Origin: Candidatus Spongiisociaceae bacterium
GTDB lineage: Bacteria > Actinomycetota > Acidimicrobiia > Spongiisociales > Spongiisociaceae
Direction: 5' to 3'
DNA: 64,000 nucleotides
Assembly (NCBI GenBank): GCA_965219685.1
Contig: CBDCOH010000002.1
Span: 1,792,001 to 1,856,000, forward strand
A program made the position numbers and the translations under genes. Positions 18,322 to 27,353 of this stretch are shown piece after piece. Each line of letters begins with the position of its first letter. Position 1 is the stretch's first letter. The notes below the pieces were generated by a model. It had not been told where the DNA came from. It made no database searches and saw nothing but the letters and a program-made list of their open reading frames with translations.

Positions 18322-19332
18322 CTAGGGCATCACCGGGTCGTCAGGCAGGAACTCGTTCGTGTAGACCTCGCCGACATCGAACTGATCGTCGATGAAGCCG
18401 AATCCGACCAGAACGTCGAGGCTGGGCTGCCAGGTAGCGTCATCCATGAACAGCAGGCCATTCTCACGCTGCAGATCGGACACCCAGAACCCGTGCAGGG
18501 CCGGAGCTTCCACCTCGATGATCTCTCGCTCCATGTCCGGATAGGTCTCGACCATGAGATCGATGGCATCGGAAGGGTTCTGCAACGCCCACTGCATCCC
18601 ACGAGCGTAGGCACGCACGAAACCCGCGACGATGTCCGGATTCTCCGCGGCGTACGAGTCGCTCGTGATGAGCGTCTGGCCGAGGGACTCGACGGATTCG
18701 GCCATCCAGAAGGTGACTGCCGGTTCGCCGAACTCCGCCGCGGCCATTGCCGGCACCAGGGTGAGGAAGTCGGGGAAGCAATCAACCAGCCCGGTGAAGA
18801 GCACGACCGGGTCGAATCCGACCTCGACTTCTTCTACGACACCGGTCAGGTTGTTGATGTTCCGGTACGACTCCCAGATCGTGTTGTAGCTCTCGAACCC
18901 CTGGAAGCCGACCTTGACGTTCCCCAGGGTGGAGGGATCGTTCGGATCCAGGCCACGGTCGGGACGGCAGATCAGACCCACCGGGCTGTAGGGCTGTGTA
19001 ACGCCCACCGCGACGACCGGAAGGTCGGCCGCGTGGCCTAACAGGACCGACGGTCCCGGCCCCACGGTGATGTCGTGTTCACCCAACCCTACTGATTGCA
19101 CCTGGTCGAACTCACCGCCGGGCGTTATTTCGAGTTGGATCCCCTCTTCGGCGAACCATCCGAATTTTTCGGCAGCCAGGACCGGCACATCACCTGATGT
19201 CGGAAACCAGTCGAAAGAGAACCGAACCGTTTGGACCTCGGCTGGCTCTTCTTCCTCGGCGCACGAAATGCCGACAACCGTCAGCACCAACAGAACGACG
19301 ACCCATCGACCAAAATAACTCACTCGTTTCAT
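18322..19332 (-). CDS. ABC substrate-binding lipoprotein (NMT1/THI5/SsuA-like)
   Basis: Lipobox VGISC; FDW.P...D.P...A...GWF.EEG; ENPDIVAGFVRA. Confidence 0.85.
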   Translation of the reverse strand: MKRVSYFGRWVVVLLVLTVVGISCAEEEEPAEVQTVRFSFDWFPTSGDVPVLAAEKFGWFAEEGIQLEITPGGEFDQVQSVGLGEHDITVGPGPSVLLGHAADLPVVAVGVTQPYSPVGLICRPDRGLDPNDPSTLGNVKVGFQGFESYNTIWESYRNINNLTGVVEEVEVGFDPVVLFTGLVDCFPDFLTLVPAMAAAEFGEPAVTFWMAESVESLGQTLITSDSYAAENPDIVAGFVRAYARGMQWALQNPSDAIDLMVETYPDMEREIIEVEAPALHGFWVSDLQRENGLLFMDDATWQPSLDVLVGFGFIDDQFDVGEVYTNEFLPDDPVMP

Positions 19333-19395
19333 CTCTTCCTCCTCGTCGTTGTCCGCCTTCGTTGTTCGTACGCTGGCTCCCTCCTCGGTTGCCTT

Positions 19396-20439
19396 TTAGG
19401 TGGTGGTCGCGATCACTCCGAGTTCTCCGAGATTCTTCAACGACCTGTCGGCCGGCACGGACGTGTCTCGCCAATGCTCCATGGGCGAGTCCAGGAAGGA
19501 GTTGGCCGGATAGAGGACGACATCCCGGAACATGTCCGCAAAGCTCTCCACGCGGATTCGAAGCAAGCCGTTGGCCATCGAGTTCTCGGACCGTGCCGCA
19601 CGCAGTGCACCCGTATCGAGCACGGAGCTGACGCCCACTGTCTCGTTCGGGGAGGCGTCATAGGACACCGTGTTCCCCCTGAAGTCGACAATGCGTGAAG
19701 AGCCACCTGTGATCGGGTCGGGACTCCCGTCGTCGGAGAAGCCGATCGGGCCCGCGACGTTGGCCGACACGACATACATCATGTTGGCGGCCGCCGCCGC
19801 TACCTTCGCCGCCTCCTCGCCTTCGCTGATCGGCTCGTTGGTCGGGTGAACGAGGGTCTCGGCCCCGCGCAGCATCAACATTCTCGATGCCTCGGGCACC
19901 ATTATCTCTCCACAGGCGAGCATCGCTACGCGCCCGAGCGCCGTCTCAGCCACCGGCCACAGTCCCTCAACTCCATACCGAGCCAGGTAGTCCTCCAGAA
20001 AGTCGTGCGGTGACACCCACTGCGCGGTGTGTATGCGCCGGTAGCGGAGCACTATCTCACCCGAAGGGTCGATGAGGAAGGAGGTATTGAAGAAACGATC
20101 GCGCCACTCGAGATCGGCTTCGAATTGGTTCCCTCCTATATGCACGCCGAGCTCCTGAGCGAGCTGCTGGAGGGGTTCTGTTATCGGACCCGGGACCGGA
20201 TAGCAGGCCTTCTCGATCCACTCGGCCACAGACTCACCCTTGGGGGGCCCCTGAAAAGCGAACTCCGGCAGAACCAGAAGGGCCGGCGGAGGATCTGCGG
20301 GCATTGCCGCCCTGATCATCCGGTCTGCACAATCGAGATTCCTCCGGATGATCTCCCACGCCTCTTCTCTGGTGGATACCTTGCGAGTGATCTCGCTCGG
20401 CATCTGGATACACGTCGCCCGCCATCGGCCTGACATCAT
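19396..20439 (-). CDS. Nitrilase/carbon-nitrogen hydrolase family protein
   Basis: LPEF (Glu), FNTSFLIDPSG, YRRIH (Arg at the Lys position) and LACGE (Cys). Confidence 0.85.
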   Translation of the reverse strand: MMSGRWRATCIQMPSEITRKVSTREEAWEIIRRNLDCADRMIRAAMPADPPPALLVLPEFAFQGPPKGESVAEWIEKACYPVPGPITEPLQQLAQELGVHIGGNQFEADLEWRDRFFNTSFLIDPSGEIVLRYRRIHTAQWVSPHDFLEDYLARYGVEGLWPVAETALGRVAMLACGEIMVPEASRMLMLRGAETLVHPTNEPISEGEEAAKVAAAAANMMYVVSANVAGPIGFSDDGSPDPITGGSSRIVDFRGNTVSYDASPNETVGVSSVLDTGALRAARSENSMANGLLRIRVESFADMFRDVVLYPANSFLDSPMEHWRDTSVPADRSLKNLGELGVIATTT

Positions 20440-20726
20440 GGTCCTCCTGGGATAGCCAAAGATTCGATGATTTCACGGGCCTGGTGGATCCCGAACGCGA
20501 CGGGCGGGCGAGGAAGGGGCGGTTGCTCGTTTCGCGCGAGGAGCTCGAGGGTTATGACGGCTCGGCGGCGATCCAGTTGATCCAAGACTTCCGTGAGGAA
20601 GTCCGACTCCACACTGCAGCCCGAGAGTTCGAGGTAGGAGGCCCTGAACCTCCATCTACCGTCGGCGCCCTCGACGGGCTCGACCGAGAATGCGAGCGGC
20701 ACAGCGAGGTACTCCTCGGGCGTCAC
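20436..20726 (-). CDS. Small hypothetical protein, HicB N-terminal-like
   Basis: MTPEEYLAVP...GRWRFRASYLELSGC.VE resembles the HicB A.xPELPGC pattern. 4-nt overlaps with both neighbours indicate a real, coupled gene. Confidence 0.6.
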   Translation of the reverse strand: MTPEEYLAVPLAFSVEPVEGADGRWRFRASYLELSGCSVESDFLTEVLDQLDRRRAVITLELLARNEQPPLPRPPVAFGIHQAREIIESLAIPGGP

Positions 20727-22039
20727 GAGTCGATACCCCCGGCGGTGATCATGACCTCTGAAGTTCCCCCCTCCATCATCGTCCGGACTTCGCTCACCCA
20801 GTCAGCGCTCCGGGGTAGGACGACGGAAACCCCGGGAGCGTCGTAGCCAGATCCGCTGCTACCGACGACCGCGTGGCCCGACGCGGCATCGGCAGTCGCT
20901 CGCAGGAGAGCCTGGCGCGTTGCGATCACGCCGCCGTCCGTACCGACCAGAGTCTCCTTGGAACGGTCGTATGCAGGACCCATCGACCCGGTCGCCATGT
21001 CATCCTGCTCCTGGTTACCGGTAATGCCACTCCATATGGTGCCGGCTGCCTGAGCCGCCCGGTCTATCAGGTAGTCGTTGGCAAGGTTACGAACCGCCAT
21101 GTAGGTTCCCGGCTGCTTCTCCGCGTATATGCCGCCCTTGCCGGCCGCGTACTGTTGCAACTCCTCATCCGTGAGATCGCGGTCCGGGTGCCACGACAAG
21201 CCGTATACCCAACTGGTCGTCTCGTCGATCGGAACCCAGGCGTGGATCTTGCGAACCTCGGTAGTGCTCTCGGCCGGGACCACGGTGTAGCACGGCGCCA
21301 ACCAATGGTTCACGCGCCAGTAGTAGGCATCTTCGCCGAAGTTCCGCCGGGCGCCGATCATAAGCCCGTAGTCGGTCTCCACGACGTCGAAGTGGGGAGC
21401 TGTCTCCTCGAGGATGTTCTTCACCAGTGGATGATCCGGTTCCTCGAGCAGTTCCTCGCGGTGCAGGTAAGGGACATGGCCGGAGTCGATGTCCGCTTCC
21501 AGTGCCTGGAGCCAGTGACAGGGTTGGAGTCGCTTGCTCACGTATCGGCTCGTTTCGCCCACCCCGAGGTAGCCCAACTCGGGCAAGGGAGGGAGCGAGG
21601 ACGCGTCGCCCATGTATGCCCAGACAATGCCACCTGCCTCGCGTACCGGATACGACGTCTGTGCTACCTCGGGCTGGCCGACGAGCCCGGGGCTGCTCGG
21701 GTTCTCGACACAGTCACCCTGGACGTTGAACTTCCATCCGTGGTACATGCATTGCAGTCCCCGTTCGGCGTTGCGACCGAAGAAGAGCGACGAGCCGCGG
21801 TGCGGACAGAACTCGTTCAGCAGACCCACCACGCCGTCCGTGTCCCGAAAGGCCACCAGCGGTTCGGAGAGGAGCTTGGTCCTGACCGGTGGTGAGTCCG
21901 GGTACGGGATCTCCTCGCTCAGGCACGCAGGAAGCCAGTAGCTTCTCAGTACGTCGCCCATGGCGGACCCGTTTGCAACGGCTGCCAGTGTCCGATGCTC
22001 CGCCGCGTTGAAGCGGAATACTCCGTTCACTGCTTCCAT
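20723..22039 (-). CDS. Rieske non-heme iron oxygenase alpha subunit (phthalate 4,5-dioxygenase/LigXa-like)
   Basis: CPHRG...CMYHGW Rieske ligands; EADIDSGHVPYLH and EQD mononuclear-Fe ligands. Confidence 0.9.
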   Translation of the reverse strand: MEAVNGVFRFNAAEHRTLAAVANGSAMGDVLRSYWLPACLSEEIPYPDSPPVRTKLLSEPLVAFRDTDGVVGLLNEFCPHRGSSLFFGRNAERGLQCMYHGWKFNVQGDCVENPSSPGLVGQPEVAQTSYPVREAGGIVWAYMGDASSLPPLPELGYLGVGETSRYVSKRLQPCHWLQALEADIDSGHVPYLHREELLEEPDHPLVKNILEETAPHFDVVETDYGLMIGARRNFGEDAYYWRVNHWLAPCYTVVPAESTTEVRKIHAWVPIDETTSWVYGLSWHPDRDLTDEELQQYAAGKGGIYAEKQPGTYMAVRNLANDYLIDRAAQAAGTIWSGITGNQEQDDMATGSMGPAYDRSKETLVGTDGGVIATRQALLRATADAASGHAVVGSSGSGYDAPGVSVVLPRSADWVSEVRTMMEGGTSEVMITAGGIDS

Positions 22040-22054
22040 TGTTTCTCCTTGTGA

Positions 22055-23470
22055 CTACCCCTTGGCCACCACTCGCTCGCCCATGTCCGTCCCGGTCCTC
22101 CCCGGCTCCGACCCGTCAGGGAGCACGGTCTTTCCCACGACATCTTCCATGACGTCGATCGCCGACACCGTCCTCGCGTAGAGAGCCGCCGGGATCGCCG
22201 TGAGATAGGGAAAGTCCGACTCGGAGGGGGGTCGCGTACCGGCTGCTTCGAGGGCACGGGCGGCTGAAATCAGAGTACGGCGAACGTGCACTATCGGCGC
22301 GTCGCTCGAAACGAGCCGCTCCTCGGTACGGTCGAGGATCGATCCCATCCCCTCGGTGACGGCACGGTCCTGGAGCCAGACACTCTCGATTCCCGAGAAC
22401 ATCTTCTCACGCTGAAGGTCGCGATCCAATCCGTAGTCGTTTTGTCGATTCAAGAGGGGATAGAACTCCGACTGTGGCTCGACAGTCTTCGGTGCATAGC
22501 CATCCGGAGCTACGTGGGCATCCTGGCCGGAAAGCTGATACTGCCGCACGCGTGGGTCGAGAGGTCCGCGGGTATCGAAATGGACCCGCCACACTATCGT
22601 GCTGTGGTCGTCTCTCGGTACCCATACATTGCACTGGGCAGCCGCATCGACATCGCTCGGCACACCCGCGTAGAACGGCATGACGAAGTGGTTGAACCGG
22701 TAGTAGAACGTACCGGGGCCGGCTTCCCGTCGCGCTCCCGAAAACAGCCCGTAAGCCGTTGGCATCACGGTGATCTCGGGCTGGGGGTCCCTATTCCAGT
22801 ACATCAGTTCGAACTCTGCCGTCAGGACGCCATCCTCCGGCTCGGGTGCAAACTCTGTCTCCCTCTTCACCAGCCGTGAGTCAAACTCGCGATAGGCCGC
22901 TACCGATCCGTGAAGAAACGAGATATGTGAGGGATCGAAGTCCCCCTCCATCGCTTGAGCATAGTTACAACCCAGTAGCTGCTTGGTGATGAGGCGATGA
23001 TCCTCGGGTACGCCCACCCAATCCAAGGGTGGTAGTCGATCGGGCAGATGTTCCTTCGGACCCATGTATACCCAAACGATCCCGTCGGCTTCGTGAACGG
23101 GATAAGAAATGTTCCTTATGCGCTGCCGGAAGTCAGAACGGCTAGGAACATTGGGCATCGCAAGACACACACCATCCACACTGAACTTCCACCCGTGGTA
23201 GATGCAGGTCAGGCCCGATTCCTCGTTTCGCCCGAAGTAGAGGGGGGCTCGGCGGTGCGGGCAAAGGGCTTCCAGTATTCCGACCCGGCCTTCGGTGTCG
23301 CGAAAGGCAACGAGATCCTCACCGAGCAGGCGGAGACGGATGGGACCTGAATCGGGTCCTGCGAGCTCTGAACTGAGGACTGCGGGAACCCAGTAACGCC
23401 TCATCAGGTTGCCCATCGGGGTTCCGGGACCAACGCGGGTCAAGACCCTGTTGCGCTCTTCGCTGAGCAT
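22055..23470 (-). CDS. Rieske non-heme iron oxygenase alpha subunit (phthalate 4,5-dioxygenase/LigXa-like)
   Basis: LTRVGPGTPMGNLMRRYW, CPHR...CIYHGW, EGDFDPSHISFLH and QDRAV. Confidence 0.92.
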   Translation of the reverse strand: MLSEERNRVLTRVGPGTPMGNLMRRYWVPAVLSSELAGPDSGPIRLRLLGEDLVAFRDTEGRVGILEALCPHRRAPLYFGRNEESGLTCIYHGWKFSVDGVCLAMPNVPSRSDFRQRIRNISYPVHEADGIVWVYMGPKEHLPDRLPPLDWVGVPEDHRLITKQLLGCNYAQAMEGDFDPSHISFLHGSVAAYREFDSRLVKRETEFAPEPEDGVLTAEFELMYWNRDPQPEITVMPTAYGLFSGARREAGPGTFYYRFNHFVMPFYAGVPSDVDAAAQCNVWVPRDDHSTIVWRVHFDTRGPLDPRVRQYQLSGQDAHVAPDGYAPKTVEPQSEFYPLLNRQNDYGLDRDLQREKMFSGIESVWLQDRAVTEGMGSILDRTEERLVSSDAPIVHVRRTLISAARALEAAGTRPPSESDFPYLTAIPAALYARTVSAIDVMEDVVGKTVLPDGSEPGRTGTDMGERVVAKG

Positions 23471-23618
23471 CGGAGGGCCCCCTCTCGTCTGCTCACATCA
23501 CACAAGTCAGTCTGCCACCGGTAAGGACCGTTCGCAACTGATCCCATTCATCACTGCCTCGACACCTCAAACCGAAGAAGGGAGGACGCCCGAACTCGAG
23601 AACGAAGCTGATCCTCCG

Positions 23619-24761
23619 TCAGAAACGATCCGGCCTGAAGGGCCGAAGGTCCATCTCCGCCGGAAGGCCCACTACGAGCCTCGCTAACACCCTGCCCATC
23701 AACGGCCCTGCGGTGAGTCCCATGTGGGGATACACCCCTACCACCAGTCCGGGAGGGCCGACGGGACCGACTATCGGACCGAGGTCGGGTGTGGCGAGAC
23801 CCTTGCCGGGCCAGGTGCGGATCAGGCGTACACCCGCCAGGGAGGGCACCACCCGCAGCGCGATCCTCATGTTGGCGACCAGGTTGGCGGGGTTGACCCG
23901 GTTCTCTCCGGTGACAGGGTCGATGTCGGACGACCACCCTCCCCCGATCAGGAGGGTTCCGGCCTTGGCCTGTTTGAAGGTCAGCTGGCCGCCTGCGAAG
24001 TACACCAGGTGGTGGACCATCGGTGCGACCGGTTCGGTGGCTCCCACCTGGGCCGGATCGTCGTGGATGGGGAGCTCCCTCCCCCAGAGCGCCGCGAACC
24101 GGTTCAGATCGTTGCCCGTGGCCAGCACGACTCGTTCGGCCGCGATCTTGCCGGAGGGCGTGGTGACGGTGAACAGCCCTTTGTGGTGGTCCAGCTCGAT
24201 CACCTCCGTGTTGGTTCTGATCTCGACTCCCCTGGACACCGCGGCCCTGGCGTAGGCGGGTGCGGCCAGCATGGAGTTGACCTTCCCCTCCACCCGGCTC
24301 AACTGGGCGCCGGCCATCGACTCGGAGACGTACGGGGCGACCCGGCGGAGGTCCGACGGCCCGAGAAGGTCCGACTCGACACCGGCGGACCGTTCGATGG
24401 CCACCTTCCGTTCTATGTCCCCCATCTGCTCGGAGGTTTCCGCGATGAGCAGGCCCCCGTTGAGGGACACCTCGAGGTCGGTATCCAATACGTCGCCGAG
24501 GTCCCTCCACATCTCCAGCGACTCGGACAGGAAGAGCAGGGAGGGAAGGAAACCGCGGGCCCACCCCTCGCCGAACTCCAGGAAGGAGGAGTGCTGGATC
24601 TGGCCGTGCAGGCTTCCGGCGTTGCGACCGGACGCCTGCGTGTTGAGATCGAACTGCTCGAGCAATACCACCCCGGCCCCGTAGCCGGCCAGATGCCAGG
24701 CCGTCGAACAGCCCGTTATGCCCCCGCCGATGACGAGGACGTCGCAACGGGCGGTTGCCAT
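23619..24761 (-). CDS. FAD-dependent oxidoreductase, DAO family (HcnC / sarcosine oxidase beta-like)
   Basis: GGGITG, ASGRNAGSLH, TPDLGPIVG and C-terminal PFRPDRF. Confidence 0.85.
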   Translation of the reverse strand: MATARCDVLVIGGGITGCSTAWHLAGYGAGVVLLEQFDLNTQASGRNAGSLHGQIQHSSFLEFGEGWARGFLPSLLFLSESLEMWRDLGDVLDTDLEVSLNGGLLIAETSEQMGDIERKVAIERSAGVESDLLGPSDLRRVAPYVSESMAGAQLSRVEGKVNSMLAAPAYARAAVSRGVEIRTNTEVIELDHHKGLFTVTTPSGKIAAERVVLATGNDLNRFAALWGRELPIHDDPAQVGATEPVAPMVHHLVYFAGGQLTFKQAKAGTLLIGGGWSSDIDPVTGENRVNPANLVANMRIALRVVPSLAGVRLIRTWPGKGLATPDLGPIVGPVGPPGLVVGVYPHMGLTAGPLMGRVLARLVVGLPAEMDLRPFRPDRF

Positions 24762-24764
24762 CCG

Positions 24765-25541
24765 TTACGACCGGGCTTTGAGGTCCCGCAGGACCTCGAG
24801 TTCATAATCGGTGGGAGGTTCGGTGACCGCCACATTCAAGGACACTCGGAGCGGCCATCGGGTCTGTTCCTTGACCTGCTCGACGCTGACTCCGGGATGC
24901 GTGGCGACGAGGGTCAGCTCACGGTCCTCGGGATGCGGTTCGAGCACTCCCAGGTCGGTGATGACCGTCTGGGGTCCGGCTCCGGTGAACCCGAGGTCCG
25001 ATCTCGTCTCAGGCATCTCGCCCAGGCCCACCGAGGTCAGGAAGTCGAGCTCGGGAACGAATGCCCGGGCAAGGTGGCGCATGATGACCGTGACCTCCCG
25101 GCAGTAGGAGGCGATCTCCGGAGCCCCGCCCGCACCGGGAAGCCGGACCTTGGGTCTGTGATAGTCCTTTCCGATCACGGTCGTGTTCAGGTTCCCGAAC
25201 CGGTCTATCTGGGCCGCCCCCAGGTACCCGACGTCTATGTGTCCACCCTGGAGCCAGTAGTTGAACATCTCCGGCACCGGGACCACCGCGTCGGCCGTCT
25301 CAGCCAACTCGCCGTCGCCGATGGACAGTGGAAGCTTGGTGGGCTTGCTCCCGAGCACGCCCGACTCGTAGACGAGGAACAGGTTCGGCGCATGGGTATG
25401 ACGCGCCAGGTTGGCGACCGTGCTGGGGAGGCCGATCCCCACGAAGCAGGACATCCCGTCCCGGAGGCTCCGCGATCCGACCACGGCCATGATCTCCTCG
25501 GGAGTCCAACTCCTGGCTTCGCGGTTCGCCGGGCCGCTCAC
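24765..25541 (-). CDS. CoA-transferase beta subunit (3-oxoadipate/glutaconate CoA-transferase type)
   Basis: FVGIGLP, YESG, LGAAQIDRFGNLNTT and LPGAGGAPEIA; GTG start overlaps the alpha-subunit stop. Confidence 0.9.
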   Translation of the reverse strand: MSGPANREARSWTPEEIMAVVGSRSLRDGMSCFVGIGLPSTVANLARHTHAPNLFLVYESGVLGSKPTKLPLSIGDGELAETADAVVPVPEMFNYWLQGGHIDVGYLGAAQIDRFGNLNTTVIGKDYHRPKVRLPGAGGAPEIASYCREVTVIMRHLARAFVPELDFLTSVGLGEMPETRSDLGFTGAGPQTVITDLGVLEPHPEDRELTLVATHPGVSVEQVKEQTRWPLRVSLNVAVTEPPTDYELEVLRDLKARS

Positions 25542-26347
25542 CGGACCCCCAGCACCGACTCGTCCAGCCACCGCAGGAAACGGTCCCGGTCCCTGCTGAT
25601 CCCGTCCCACTCCCGGTAGGCGGGATTGTCGCGCTCGTAGTAGTCCTGCACGTAGGAAGGCCGGGCCCCGCCCGGTACCTCGCAGACCGCGGTGATGGCC
25701 ATCGACGGGATGATGAGGTCGCTCGGGCGGCGGTCCAGTTGGTCCACCACCTCCTCAACAGTCACGATCGAGTACCGCGACGCCAGGATCACCTCCTTGA
25801 GCACCCCGGAGATCCCCCAGATCTGGACGTTCCCGGCCCGGTCGGCGCGCTGGGCGTGAACGATCCCGGCATCCGGGTTGATAGCCCTGACAGCCGCCAC
25901 CGTCCGGCCGGTGAACGGGCAGTCCACGAAGCTCACATAATCGGCGATCTCGGCCAGGGAAGTACCTAGGTAGCCCTTCATCACCGTGAAAGGCATCCCC
26001 GAAGCTCCGGCCACGTACCGGTTGGTGAGACCGGCATGGCTGTGCTCCTCGATTTCCAGCGGCGCCGGCCAGCCGTTCTCCACCGCGTCGCGGAACCTCC
26101 ACAGGGAACCCACGCCCGGGTTGCCACCCCAGGAGAAGAGCATCTTGCGCACACATCCGGCGCCAATCAGCCGGTCGTAGATGAGGTCGGGCGTCAACCT
26201 GACAACGGTCAGGTCCCGGCGCCGCTGACGGATGATCTCGTGGCCGGCCTCGAACGGGATGAGATGGGTGAAGCCCTCCAGGGCGACCGTGAACCCGTCC
26301 TGCACGTATCGGGAGATGGCTTCGCTGAGATCCAGGTGTTCGGCCAT
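25538..26347 (-). CDS. CoA-transferase alpha subunit (3-oxoadipate/glutaconate type)
   Basis: LEGFTHLIPFEAGHEIIRQ, FSWGGNPGVGSL, EEHSH and HAQRADRAGN. Confidence 0.9.
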   Translation of the reverse strand: MAEHLDLSEAISRYVQDGFTVALEGFTHLIPFEAGHEIIRQRRRDLTVVRLTPDLIYDRLIGAGCVRKMLFSWGGNPGVGSLWRFRDAVENGWPAPLEIEEHSHAGLTNRYVAGASGMPFTVMKGYLGTSLAEIADYVSFVDCPFTGRTVAAVRAINPDAGIVHAQRADRAGNVQIWGISGVLKEVILASRYSIVTVEEVVDQLDRRPSDLIIPSMAITAVCEVPGGARPSYVQDYYERDNPAYREWDGISRDRDRFLRWLDESVLGVR

Positions 26348-26462
26348 ACCTCAGGGTCTGGTTCGGCAGCATCCGCCAACGGTCGCGGAGACCGGGCGGG
26401 TGGCGGTCATGTTAGGCGCGGCGGGGTGCAAGCCGAGCCCGCACTTGGGTAGCGACTGGTGC

Positions 26463-27275
26463 TCATCTCGCCGAGTAGCCGCCATCCACGACGAGGACTT
26501 CGCCTGTCATCCACTCGCTGTGGTCGGATGCCAGGAAGGCGGCCGCGGATGCCACGTCGTGGACCGTTCCGAGTCGCGGCCAGGGAGTCAGGTCATGCTC
26601 GGGGTTGTCCCCCATCACGGAGCGGGAGAGCGCCGTCTCGACGAATCCGGGAGATACCGCGTTGACCCTGATCCTGTGCTTCGCGTAGTCGACTGCCAAC
26701 TGCCGGGTGAGTCCTATCACCCCACCCTTCGAAGCCGAGTAGGCCGGCTCCGCGGCGAGCCCGACCATCCCGGCGATGGAGGCAATGTTGACGATGCTTC
26801 CACCGCTCCCGGAGCGAACCATCTGGCCGATCGCCGACTTGCATCCGAGCCATACGCCCTTGAGGTTGACAGCGATCGTCGAGTCGAACTCGGCCTCGGT
26901 CTCCTCAAGGATCGTACGGTGGCCGTGCCAGATCCCCGCGTTGTTGACCATGATGTCGAGGCCGCCCAACTCGGTGACCGCGAGATTCGCGGCCCGTTCC
27001 ATGTCGGATGCCCGGCTCACGTCGGTCTCAACGAAGGTGGCCACGCCCCCGGCGCCTCGTATCAGATCCGCGGTCGGTTCGTGACCGCCCTCCTCATGAG
27101 CGCCGTCCCTGGGCTGTGGCCGGAGGTCCGCGACCAGGATCCCGGCGCCGTCGGCTGCTAGACGGCGGGCGACGGCCCGGCCGATCCCGGAACTGGCGCC
27201 GGTGACGACCGCCACCTTCCCCTCGAGGGGTCGCATGGCGCCTGGCGCGGCCCGGTTACGATTCTGGGAGTCCAT
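26463..27275 (-). CDS. SDR-family oxidoreductase
   Basis: TGASSGIG, NNAG, YSASK and VDGG. Confidence 0.92.
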   Translation of the reverse strand: MDSQNRNRAAPGAMRPLEGKVAVVTGASSGIGRAVARRLAADGAGILVADLRPQPRDGAHEEGGHEPTADLIRGAGGVATFVETDVSRASDMERAANLAVTELGGLDIMVNNAGIWHGHRTILEETEAEFDSTIAVNLKGVWLGCKSAIGQMVRSGSGGSIVNIASIAGMVGLAAEPAYSASKGGVIGLTRQLAVDYAKHRIRVNAVSPGFVETALSRSVMGDNPEHDLTPWPRLGTVHDVASAAAFLASDHSEWMTGEVLVVDGGYSAR

Positions 27276-27353
27276 TACGCCCCTGCTCCGGTCAGCCGCG
27301 GGACCCGATGACCCCGGGCCGGAAACCCGGGACCGGGCACGCCGGATCGAGGA

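Noticed and set aside
23724-25619. 631-aa + strand ORF, and similar long ORFs such as 53016-55019, 55132-56499 and 29724-31127
   Set aside because: These are antisense shadows of well-supported genes, expected from high-GC codon bias, and contain no recognisable motifs.
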